Shown one piece after another: positions 1 through 11,150 of a stretch of 64,000 nt of DNA. Positions within the stretch are counted from its first letter, which is position 1; the number at the start of each line of letters is the position of its first letter. The translations under genes and the position numbers were made by a program. Source of the stretch: Guillardia theta CCMP2712. Taxonomy: Eukaryota > Protista > Cryptophyta. The notes below the pieces were generated by a model. That model was given only the letters and a program-made list of their open reading frames with translations. It was not told the origin of the DNA and ran no database searches. The stretch spans positions 904,330 through 968,329 of the forward strand of contig NW_005434669.1 of the NCBI RefSeq assembly GCF_000315625.1. Reading direction: 5' to 3'.

Positions 1-172
1 AAAGGATGCAGACGTCGTTGGTGAGGAGAAGACGAAGACGAGGAGATGGTCCATATGCTCCTCAAGGCGACCATGAAAGGGTCTGACGAGAAGGAGCACT
101 GAACCAAGGGAGATGGCCGGAAGCGGGAGATTGACGACTTGGTCTTCGCCACGGCAGTGATCCTGTCCTGAC

Positions 173-1447
173 ATGCGCAAACTGAACGGCAGTATCGTCG
201 TCTTCATCCTAGGGCTAGCTCTGCTACAGGTGGTTGAATCTCGGTGACACCGTTGGCTGACTGTTACATGTTCCAGCAACCTCCCCTCGTATCCTCGGCC
301 AGAAGCAACCAGCATGGCTGCAGGGCTGCAGACGATCTAGTCCAGCGAGCTGTGGAGAGAGGATCTAAGGGAGACGCTGATGGAGCATTCAAGCTACTCG
401 TAGAGGCAGTTGACGGCTGTCCCAACCATGCAGTGGCGCTGGGACACCTCGGCTACATGTTTGCGATCGGAGGGAACATGAGTAGCGCGAAGCTGTTCCT
501 GCAGAGGTCCTTGACCTTCGACTCGAGCCTGATGCAAGCATGGATCAACTTGGGGAACGTGATGAAGAGCGAGCAAGAGCACCTGGATGAGACGGAGGGG
601 GACTGGAAGACGGTGTGGAGGATGTACCGAACTGCATACAGGTTGTCTCCGAGACAGGTAGGACGTGTGGCTGTCAGAGAATCTTCTTCTAAGTGATTCT
701 GAATTATCGCATGAAGAGTTCGAGTTGACGTTTGCGGGCTTTCTGATCAGTTCCTTCCTTGTAGGTGGATATTACCGCAAATATGGCAGGGTTGTATGCG
801 ATGGAGAGAAGCTGGGAACAAGCGGCATGGATGTCAACACAATCAATGCAGATTGAGTTCACAGAAGAGGCCTTCTGCGCGATGATGAAGGTTGGTGAGA
901 CAGGGCTGTTTCAAACTCATCACACTCAAAAACAGGCATTGGACAACATCTGTTTGTGGAACCATCCTCTGAGAGACGACAAGCTCCTTGTCAAACTCCT
1001 CTTCGAACGCGCGACTGCCTCGCTCTTGTCTCCGGAGCGATCGACCAAGGACAAGCTGTGCTTCAACGCCGGTACAAGAGAAACGACGACAATGGCGATG
1101 GCAGAGGGCTGAGATGAGATCGCAGGGACTGCCGCGCTGGTTGCTGACCTGCCCCCAGGTTGCCCTGATCTTTAGCGACTTGTCTTTTGTTCTTGTCGTT
1201 AATCTTACTTGTGGAGCTTTTTGGTTTTCCCTTGTTGATGGCATCTGAAGTTTGCGATTGTCATGCAAAAGATCTCGTCCTCTTGATTGCAAGAGCCGAA
1301 ATGGCGATCGAGCACAAGAAGATCGTTCCGATGCCCTCTGCACTGCACAGGTGGAGGAGGTTGAAGGGGGGCAGGAGGAAGAGGGGAAAATTGGAGATGG
1401 AGATGGAGGTGGTGGAGAGGGAGGAGAAGGATGGATGGAGTGTCAGG

Positions 1448-1532
<85 letters not shown>

Positions 1533-4223
1533 GATAGACTCAGGGGAAAGCTTCTGATTGAGAGCACAGCTTCCAACTCCTGCGGGGGAAACGACTGGTT
1601 GTGTCCTACGTTTCCGGCCACTTTGCGAATCATCCCATGATGCAGGTCAAAGTGCTGTTGAGATGGAGAACAAGATTGACACAGATTTTCAAACTCAGAT
1701 GATGCAGGGAATGTTTGTTGGCCATACAAAGGAAAAGATTGAAGTTCGTGAGTTCAACTGCAGTGTAGAAGAATGATCTTGTGCTTGAAGGTCAAGTGTT
1801 TTGCAACAACAAAGTCGGACGGAAGGTGAGCGATACAAAGATTGAGAGCGTTGACGTCAGAGGCAGAAAGATAGAGAGAAGACAGAGGAGGAGGAGGAGG
1901 AGGAGGAGGAGGAGGAGGAGGAAGAGAGGAAATGGTAGAGATTAAAACATGAATGTTCGAAGTAGAGGGTCTGAAAATGAGAAGATTGAAGGAGGGAACG
2001 AAAGCAAAAAGTAAAACAGAAGCAGAGCAGGGATCAGACATCGGGCGTGTGAGAAGGAGAATCCTCGCAGGTTGACAAGCCTCGCAGGTCTGACTTTGAC
2101 CCGATGTGACTCATCGGCTGAATGGGCAAGCAGCTCACTGAGAATGCTGGCTGAGAGAGGGTGCCAGACGTTCGTGGACGTTGGAGCCATCGAGGATTTG
2201 ACAGCCGTTGACGGGTTTTGACAGGTCAGCAGCGACGACGACGAGCGGGTTGCCGGAAAGATCAACAGGGCCGGGACGCACATCCTGGTCAACTTGTTCG
2301 GATTCCTCGAGAAGGCCAGGAACGCCATCGCAGCGTGCGCTCTCGCTCGAGACGTCGCCGAAGTTGCTCACTCGCTCCTTGCAGGTACCGAGCAGCTCCA
2401 GTCCAGATCAACCACAGGTCGGGCCATCGTTGCTGCAAGGGAGGAGGGAGGAGGAAAAAGGAAGGAAGGAATGAGACGGATGGACAGTGGAAAGGAGGAG
2501 GAGGGAGGAGGGAGGAGGGAGGATGGAGAGTGGAGGGAGGGAAAGGACGGGGAGCAGCAACCTCTCGAGAGGGTCAGGGAGGGGAACAGGAGCTGATGAA
2601 ATGTTGTGGTTGTTTTCAGATGGTGCAGCACCACAGGCTCTCCTCATATCGGTCTGTTACTTTGTCGAAATCCTTCGTCTCCCCTTAGCCCCCCGCCGCC
2701 CTCACCTCCCTTCCTCCTCGTCCCTTCTCCTCTCCCTCCTCTACTTCCTCTCTCTCCTCTTTCGCTGTGTCCTCCTCCTCCTCCTCCTCCTCCTCCTCCT
2801 CCTCCTCCTCCTCCTCCTCCTGATCCTCAATCCTCTCTCCTCACTCTCCTCTCCCTCCTACGATGCCTCTGAAAGCTTCACCAGCCTGCTCTCCCCCTGT
2901 CTGTCTGGTCTCTTCCGTTGCCAAGGCACACAGGGGCTCCATCTCCTCCTGTCTCCTGCTGCTCGTTCTACAACACTCTCAGTTGCTCATCCTCCACCCT
3001 TGTCTCCCTCAGACTTTCACGTCTCCGACAAGATCACTAGCCCTCCGGACTACCGCGGTAACCGAATCGCCTGCTGCTCTCCCCTTCCCCTTTCCCTTCT
3101 CTTGACGTGCTGCACAGGATTTTACAGCGAGTTCCTGGCGTACATGCCCAACAGCTACTTAGTGAACAGTCACAGGTGACAAGGAGGGCTGACAATTGTC
3201 ACTGCTGTGTGAGTGACTTTCCCGTCGGTCAGATTGGCGTATGCGAACCAGAAGCTGAGCAGCGCGAGTGTGAAACAAGACAAGACGTCCAAAGAAGCTG
3301 TTGTGTTTGCGAGCTTGAACAATCTTTACAAACTTGACGAGAGGTGCTGCAAGAGCAGACACAACCATCAAAATCATGACTGCCACCACAACAACAACCG
3401 CAGCACACACTTTCCCGGCTCACTCTGCTTTCCAGGTTGTTTGCAACCTGGATGCAGGTAATGAGGAAAATCCCGAGCTCGATGCTGGTAGAGGATGATA
3501 TTGTTCAATCTTGACGTTGCAAGTTGAAATTCCCATCAGGTCCTCCTTCAAGGCCGAGAAGGAATGCGAGCGAATGCAAGGCTGGCCCAGTATGCAGAAA
3601 GGTGAAGTGAAAACCCCTCGTCCTCCCTCCCCCACATCCTCTCTCCTTCCCTCCTCTTGTTTTTTCTTCCTCCCCCCTCTTTTCCTCCCTCTCCCACTTC
3701 TTCCCTCCCTCTCTCCTCCTCTTCCACCCCTCTCCCTCCAACACTCGCTCACACTCTCCTCCAAGGTTCGGAATCTCCAAGGATAGGATGGTAGACCCTC
3801 CTTTGCCCCTCGCGCTCTGCCAACCGATCTCGTCCTTTTCCAGATCACAGCTTTACCGGTCAAGAAAGAAGAGCACATCGCCCGTCACTCTCAGTTCACG
3901 TGAGATAGCATTCTTCCTCCTCCTCTTCCTCCTCCTCCTCCTTCTCCTTCCTCCTCCTCCTCCTCCTCCTCCTCCTCCACCACCACCACCACCTCCTCCT
4001 CCTCCTCCTCCTCCTCCTCCTCCGTGCTCTTCACTTCAAGCATCTCTCCGCTTTCTGCGATTGCTGGAGCTCCTCTGACTGCCTTCTCAGCTTGTTCCTT
4101 GACACGTGGAAGGTTTCGTCGCACAGCACAGCTGTCGACTCTCTGTGGGCAGGACTACCTGTGGTCGTTCTTCCGCATGTACGGGAGTTACGACATGAAA
4201 ATGTCCATGATGAAGAAGATTAC

Positions 4224-4258
<35 letters not shown>

Positions 4259-4929
4259 GGAGGAGGAGGAGGAGGAGGAGGAGGAGGAGGAGGAGGAGAA
4301 TGAGGATGATGTTGAGGATTAACTTATGTAGCATCCACTAGATCTCTACAAGTGTACATATCTCAAGAGTCTTTGTCTTCCTGTCGACACCTTGACCGTG
4401 AGATATTGACGGTCTTTGCTGCAGGAGAAGATGCAAGCTCGTGTTTCGGCAGCGCTCCTCTATGTCCTCGGCATGGTGAGCGCGGGGAGCATTGAGATCC
4501 TCCTCACTGGTTCCAGGTCGAGTTTCTCGCCAGAGATGTAGGCGATTACATGGACATCATCCAGACGTTCTGCGCCAACACGACAAAGCAAAGGGTAGCA
4601 AGAGACCGACTCGTCAGGCTCCTCGACCAATCTCCTCTCTTCGATACTCAGTAAGTTCCCTTTCCTGCCCTGTTACCATCTCCTGCCACCTGCCCTCCCT
4701 CCCTCCCTCCCTCCCCGCCTGCCTCCCCCCGCTTCCTCCCTCCCTCCATTTCTCGCTCTTCCCCCCTCACAACATCTCTCGCGCCTTCTCACGACGTTTC
4801 TCAAGGACCTGGATTAAGGATGCGGAGAGGATGCACAGGATGATGTGGGACGTGGCGACGAGGCGGAGGAGCGACGAATCAGCGCGGGCATCAAAACCCT
4901 TCCATTTGATCGTCACAGCAAGAGGTTAG
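173..4929 (+). CDS. TPR + glycosyltransferase family 41 protein (O-GlcNAc transferase / SEC-like) with N-terminal signal peptide; multi-exon
   Basis: ATG 173 gives MRKLNGSIVVFILGLALLQ; a 47-nt GT-AG intron joins it to QPPLVSSA and TPR-like helices (AVDGCPNHAVALGHLG, AWINLGNVMK). OGT motifs follow in later exons: RLVVSYVSGHFANHPM (~1590-1640), RINRAGTHILVNL, APVQIN, SDKITSPP, FYSEFLAYMPNSY, FASLNNLYKLD (~3305-3340), FLDTWKVSSHSTAVDSLWAGLPVVVLP (~4095-4175), KMQARVSAALL, SPLFDT. Stop at 4927-4929. Internal exon boundaries not all resolved. Confidence 0.9.
1450..1530. repeat. (GCA)n microsatellite in a GT41 intron
   Basis: About 27 uninterrupted AGC units, lying between coding motifs. Confidence 0.95.
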
Positions 4930-4982
4930 GACGCGCTGCTCTCCGACCTCCTCCTCCAACAGCACGAGAAGGCAGCAAGTGC

Positions 4983-5483
4983 TTATCCTGATATCACAGG
5001 ACAGTAGAACTCCTCTCCTACCGGCAAGTAGACCGGACCATCCGCCCATGACGGCCTGAAAGCATTCGTCACCGCAACATTGCAGAAGGACTACCCTGCC
5101 CCTCACCATGTCGCCTGGTAGGAAACGACGTCGATACAGCCCATGTTGGCATAGTCCTCGTCTGTTGTCAGAGGATCCCAGTCCATGTCCTGCAAGCTTG
5201 TCCTTCCTCCTCCTCCTCCTCCTCCTCCTCCCTCCCCGCCCTGCGCGAACACACGGAGCAGCGCGAACATTTTCTGGCACCCCCTCTATTTCGGGTACCT
5301 CTCCAAAGGCCGGTGAAGGGGGTGGGAGTGATGGGGGCTCACTGCATGGATTTCGTAGATTGACGTACGGAGAAGCAGCAGAAGAAGAAGAAGCAGCAGC
5401 AGCAGAAGCAGAAGCAGATGCTGCTGCTGCTGCTGCTGCTGCTTCTTCTGCAGGAAGAATTACGCGAGGACGTTAAACGACAT
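4983..5483 (-). CDS. Predicted 78-aa acidic, Pro-rich microprotein, 4 exons, unknown function
   Basis: Exons 5483-5464, 5341-5281, 5189-5107 and 5055-4983 are joined by GT-AG introns and read without a break: MSFNVLAEPPSLPPPSPAFGEVPEIEGDMDWDPLTTDEDYANMGCIDVVSYQATWPSWADGPVYLPVGEEFYCPVISG*. Confidence 0.55.
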
Positions 5484-5581
5484 GGCCAGGAGAGGCATGG
5501 GGATGAGATTATGTTGACCATCTACTTGAAAGACAACTAACTCCAAGACAACGTCATCGCCGTCTATCAGCCCCAGCCGCC

Positions 5582-7754
5582 TCACGACCTCCTTGCAGGC
5601 TTCTGCGCCTTGTAGCCGTTGGTGGGGTCGTACTCGGTGTCCTTCTTCAAGTTGCCGAAAAACTCCTTGAAAGCAGCAGCTGCCTGCGCTGACTCGTCAC
5701 GATGGCCCCGAAGCTCCTCCCTTCCTACCTCCTTGTTGGACACGACGGTGTTGGGGTTGTACTGCACTGAAGGAGTGGGGTCATGAGGAAACACAAGGCG
5801 GGGTTCCCAGCCTCACTCACAGTCTGTGGTGTGCGCTCCTGTGATCCCATACATGCTGTCCTGCACAGCCGTCACAGCCGCACGCGTCAGCTGCTGCTGG
5901 TGCACCTTGAACTCCTTCTGGATCGGCTTGGCATTGCGCTCGTAGAGCTGAGGGGATGAAGGAAGAGAGAGAGGAACGTCAGGCTTTCAACCCGCCATGG
6001 AGGTATCGATCACCTCGAAGGTCGTGAAGGAAGTCTCGGGGTAGAATATGGAGGCAACAGCTACCTCTGTGCGAAGCTGCTCAGCAGGTTGTGGCAGGGA
6101 GAGGAGGGGAGCAGTCGCGCATGCACCTGCGAGGTCTGCGCGATCGATGTCGGAGTATCCTGTGTCACCCTGTCGAGGCGGGTGAGAAGGAGATGATGTC
6201 GTTAAGAAGCAAAAGGGAATGACAGGAAGGACAGAGGACAGGACAGAGGAGGAGACAAGACAGGAAAGAGGAGGGGACAAGACAGGACAGGACAGGACAG
6301 GACAGGACAGGACAGGACAGGACAGGACAGGACAGGACAGAAATTCTTCTAATACCTGCACAGCCACTAGATTGTTCAATCCCTGTGAGTGTTGTTAATG
6401 ACGAGACCACGTGCTCCATTCAGAGCTTGCAGACCTTGGGCTTGCCAGACTGCGCAAGTTTTCACATGAGAGTCAGACTTGCAAAGTTCTGTCTTCATGA
6501 GACTGTTTCACCTGAAGCCCTCCTGGCCTGATTATGGTATAGCTGCACTTGGTCTGCAAAGTCCGTCATGCTCCAAACTCAGAGCAAGCTAGAGGAGGCA
6601 CCTGGCCCTTGTAAATCTCCCTCAGTCTCTCTTCACCCTGTTCCTTGTAGTCCATGATGTTTCCGAACAAGTTGGTGAACTGGGAAGGAACAAAATCAAC
6701 CAAACTGTCTCAACAGGCCCATAGAATCACCTTGAAAGCGAACGAATCCGGACGAGTCACACCGAGGCTTGAGATGACAACCTGCGACCTCCATCACTCT
6801 ACTGCAAGGCTCTTCCTACAGTCCACACCAGTCGCTCCACTCCTGCAGCAATGCAGGCCTTGGCAACCTGGGCACCGCAGCCGATATGAGAAGGGGAGCA
6901 CAATGATGATTAGCCCAACGTTCTCAACTCCGATGCAATCAACCGCCTCAGCGTTTCCTCCCTTCCAAGATAATCAGACAAGGCGGCAAGCAAACGCCAT
7001 GCTTGCCTTCTGGCTCGCACTGCTAGCAAACACAACAGCGCCGGCACCAGCCAGGGCCTGCAAGTTGAAGTCAGCTGCCTGTGCCCTCCAAGACGGTGAA
7101 CGAAGAGATGGTAAGCCGTTCAGAACCTCGGTCAGGGTGTCAGGCTTTGTCACGTCAACTCCTGTGAGCAGGTCGATGTCGTCTGCCGGATACTCTGAGG
7201 CTCCAAACATCTCCTTAGTCGCTTCTCCTCTCACTGACGCCCACTGTCAGAGCAAGCTCCTCTCAGCAACAAGAGGCTGACCAGCTGCACGGATGCCGTA
7301 ACCACCCTTGCGCAGAAGAGTGTTGACGACTTCCTTGCCTGTCTTCCCCGTAGCTCCCAAGACAACAACAGGACGCCTTGAGCTTCCCAAGGGAGGCTGA
7401 TCCTGCACAGAATTTACAGGGGATCTCATAAGCCCATCCGCATCGGAGTACATCAGCAAACACAGGAAATCCCAGGGAGAGACCAGCGAGCGACAGTCCT
7501 GCGACTTGGAGGAAGGACCTCCTCTGCATGCTCGTGTCTTGCTCCTGCATCTTCGGTCCCCTGGCCAAGGAAATCGTTAGCAATGAACCAACAACTCGAG
7601 CATATCACCATGATCGGCGCCCGACGGGACCAGGAGAGGAGACGCCATTGAGCGCTGCCGTTCCTCTTCGGAGGAGTAAGGAGGTGTGAGGCGAAGGGAG
7701 GTACGCATCCGCCAGAAGCGGCGCCATCGCTGCAAGCAGAACGACTTTCGCCAT
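5582..7754 (-). CDS. Plastid-targeted NAD(P)-binding Rossmann protein (atypical SDR, Tic62/Ycf39-like NAD_binding_10 family); multi-exon
   Basis: N-terminus MAKVVLLAAMAPLLADA/YLPS. Core motifs: VVVLGATGKTGKEVV, GVDVTKPDTL, VVFASSAS, VDCIGVENV, VISSLGVTRP, YKEQGEERLR, YTIIRPGGL, GDTGYSDIDRADLA. Ends FKEFFGNLKKD...RRS* at 5582. Confidence 0.88.
6281..6340. repeat. (GACAG)n pentanucleotide repeat, intronic
   Basis: About 12 tandem GACAG units. Confidence 0.95.
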
Positions 7755-8473
7755 TTTCCTTTATGTGTGCTGGGCGCCGTCAGTCGGCGGGCCTCTGAGC
7801 CTGGGCCTGCACCGCCAGGCCCTGAGGGCGCCCGGATCATGGCGGCACGCGGCCCATCGACGCCCGGCCGGGGGCTGCAGCCTCCTCAGGCTCCGTGCGC
7901 GCCGGGCGGCGTGATCCGGCGGCGAGTCGGATGGTGACTCAGTGAAAGCCCGGACTCCGGGAGTCACTGCAACCTTGCCGCAGTGCCCCGGGCTTACTAC
8001 CGTACCGGCCCGGGCCGTGAGGCGCGGCCCCCCCCACAACTGACTAGCCTATTAGGGCCTAGACTCAAGACCCGGCGGCCGGGCGCGGCCGGGCGACGTC
8101 ACATCACTGAGTTTCAAGTTACCCAGGCTGCCACTCAGTCCGATCCGATGATCAGTAGTACCGCCGTACGGTTACTCCAAAAGCGGGTGGCCCCCGCCGG
8201 CCGCGCGGCCCTTGCCCGCGGCGCGGCCCGCCAGGGCCTCGGGGCACGATCAGTTCCCGGAGTCCAGTCATGTTCCGAGTTCATCATAGTTGAAGTCACA
8301 ACTTAAGTTCGACGGCCCGGCGGCCCGGCGGCCCGGCATACGGTACTGTACTAGTACTGAGCGACCGTGATAGCTGGCCGGGCACTGCGGCATGGCATGA
8401 TGGCGCGGGCCCGCCGGGACTCCCGGTACTTTTTTTTGAAAAAGTTGAGGGTCACTGAGCCGCCCCTCTGCTC

Positions 8474-8513
8474 GATTGTCCTGGTACTGATTTTAACTTA
8501 ACTTTGAGTAAAA
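8474..8513 (+). repeat. Dispersed conserved intergenic motif, copy 1 (others at 18648-18680, 22337-22368, partial 22533-22560)
   Basis: Core TTTTAACTTAACTTYGAGT occurs three times; the 5' arm GATTGTCCTSGTACTGATTTT occurs twice. Confidence 0.8.
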
Positions 8514-8568
8514 GCCTTTCCTAAAGTAGTGACCACATCTTTTTTCCCTAACTAAGTTGGACATAACG

Positions 8569-8739
8569 ATGCAACAGTAAGGAGCAAAGGGGAGGGAGGA
8601 GAGGGGAAGGGAGATCATGCGCGCTTCCTTCTCCATGTTGCCCAGTGAGCTGGAACTCATTGATCGCCTGCGTGTCTGCAGAGAGCAGCGGGTCTGGGAT
8701 GCAAGATACTACGACAAAATGGAGTGCAACATCCGATGA
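8569..8739 (+). CDS. Candidate spliced 33-aa small ORF / uORF upstream of the Zn2Cys6 gene
   Basis: ATG CAA CA, then intron GTAAGG...CCCAG (8577-8645), giving MQHELELIDRLRVCREQRVWDARYYDKMECNIR*. Confidence 0.3.
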
Positions 8740-9125
8740 TATTTGAAGAATCGTAGTTGCTTGAGCTCGAAAGGGGAAAAAGTAGCATTTGTGAGAGGAT
8801 GTAGGAAGCCTGCAAAAAAATTTCAGCATGATGTTGTATCATATCGTGTGACGGGGAGACATCAACCAATCAGTCGTGAGGGGCCGCCGCAAATGATGAA
8901 CGATGGCTCCGTGCAAGGCATGGACTAGAGGGAGGCGAGAGACAAAGAGAGAGACAGAACAAGAAAAAGAAAACAAATAGAAAGAAATGCTAAAACAAAG
9001 ACAGAGACAGAGACAGAGAAAGAGACAGAGACAGAGACAGAGACAGAGAAAGAGACAGAGACAGAGCTAAAGATAACCTTTTTACAGCCATACCTTGTAA
9101 CATTTCTGTGCTTGCAGCTGGCTCC

Positions 9126-11043
9126 ATGAAGAGGATATCCCTGGCTTGCAAGCCCTGCAAAGACATCAAGTCCAAGTGTGATAACTTCCAACCATGCACA
9201 AGGTTGCCATCGTCTCATATTGAGCGCACTTGTTGTTTCCTTCTCTTTCGTTTCTTCTCCCTCCGTCCCTCCGTCCCTCCCTCTTTCCCTCCCTCCCTCC
9301 CTCCCTCCCTCCCTCCCTCCTTCCCTCTCACTCTGCCTCCTGCAATTGATGTATGCGGATCTGGGTCACTGAACTGAAAAGTTGGGAGCAGAGTTAGAGT
9401 GGGGAGCAACTTATCTCTTTGATTATTCAGGTGTGTTCAGTCCAACATAGCAGATCAGTGCATCAGGCTGCGAGTGGCGAGGGGGGCGAGGAAGAGAAGC
9501 ACAGTAGCGTGTATCCCTTGCAAGAGAGCAAAGTTGAAGTGTGACGAGGAGAGGCCTTGCTCGCGCTGCAAGCGTCTCGGCAGAGAGTGGGACTGCATCG
9601 ACGAGCAGCTAGAGCTCATCCAGTCGCAGCTGGTTGACCTGAACGAGGATCAGTTCGACCGGCTCGATGTGCTCTCTCCTGACCGGCCTAGCCGCGTGCT
9701 GGAGCTGCAGGTGGAGCGGCCGCTGAACTACAGGGCCCGAAGCATGTCCTTCCAGGAGCCCTCGCTTCTGCGAGAGAGAATGAACTCCATGGGATGGCCC
9801 GACCGAGTGCTGGCGAGGCACTGGGAGTTCGGGCACAGCTCGAGAGACATGATGAACATCTTCGTCTGCCTTCCTCCTTACATGCAGGATGTCACAAGGA
9901 GGGCCTTGCAGGCCTTGGAGATCATCATCGAAGATGCCATGGCCAAGAGGCAGGCGCAGCTGCTAGCGGAAACCACGACCGTCTCAGCGCGCGAGGTGGA
10001 GCTAGAACGCACGTTCTACGAGCAGCAGGAATACGGTGTGATGTCCCAGCATGTCTACTCTGGGACGGGCAAGCGAGCGCACGCCTACGTTTCTGGTGCA
10101 GCGTGCCACATGATGGGTCTGCATGTAGAGGAGGTGCTGGCAAGGATTGCGAACAGGGAGCTGCCATTGTTGAGCACGGAGCTGAACTACTTGGTCTATG
10201 TTATGTACGGGACCTGGTCCTTTGCGATGTACCCTGGCAGGCCGCTCGATCTGATCACCCCGATCCGAGTCCGTGGAGAACATGGCGAGAGCTGTGTGAT
10301 GGTCCGAATGGTCCAGCAGCAGCAGTTTGACAGTCATGGCTCTTTAAAGTCCATCAAGTCCTTTCTGCACCCGGTAAGCTGGGGACTGATCGGGAGCAAG
10401 CGCAAGGGAGAAGTAGCAGGATGAGACAAAACAGGAACGAGGAGGAAAAGGACGACAATGAGGGAGGAGGAGGAGGAGGAGGAGGAGGAGGAGGAGGAGG
10501 AGGAGGAGGAGGAGGAGGAGGAGGAGGAAATCTGACTTGGCATATGTCAGGTAAGCAAAGAAGATTTCGAGTCCCGTTTGTTAAACGCCGCCGACCCCTT
10601 CGTGCGGTTGTTGAAAATTATCAACCTCGACCGTGAAAGAAGCTACGATCGATGGATGAGCGACTTCGATGCCGACATGTATGCGGTGAGCTACCAGCAT
10701 GGCAACTTCCTGTTTGCCTGCCTGCTGCCTCTGCCTGCCTGCCTTGGCATGCTGCGTCCTTTTCCCCTGAGCTCACTCGCAGGGGGAAACGATCCTAGGG
10801 ATGCAGAAGTCGAAGGAGGGCCAGGAGCGGCTGCTTGCCCTGTCGCGGGAGCTGGAGACCCTGTACGGGCCGTTTGTTGCTAGGGCTGAACAAATACTCC
10901 AGCAGAGGTTGCGAGAGCTGTCGACAGAGCAGCCGGTCACCGCAGTGAATGTGATGCACAAGCTTCCAGGTCAGTTTCAGCCTCCTGTCAGTGCCACTGG
11001 CCAATCAGAGACACTTCGACCTACTATGTCTGAAGGGACTTGA
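9126..11043 (+). CDS. Transcription factor with two Zn(II)2Cys6 binuclear-cluster domains; multi-exon (possible earlier start at 8893)
   Basis: Domain 1 is CKPCKDIKSKCDNFQPCTR|CVQSNIADQC, split by intron 9203-9430. Domain 2 is CIPCKRAKLKCDEERPCSRCKRLGREWDC. Both fit CX2CX6CX5CX2CX8C. Long exon to ~10373, then short exons to the stop at 11041-11043. Confidence 0.88.
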
Positions 11044-11102
11044 CTCCGAGTCGCTGGCCCGAGCCGCAGCGGCCCCGGCCCGCCGGAGCGCCGGGTGCTG
11101 CC

Positions 11103-11150
11103 AAATTTTCAAATTTTCAAATTTTCAAATTTTCAAATTTTCAAATTTTC
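11103..11150. repeat. (AAATTTTC)6 tandem repeat
   Basis: Six perfect 8-mers embedded in GC-rich flanks. Confidence 0.95.

Noticed and set aside
1205-1729. Poly-Q/poly-A/poly-S/poly-C ORFs
   Set aside because: They are translations of an intronic (GCA)n tract; the OGT motif resumes after an AG acceptor near 1569.
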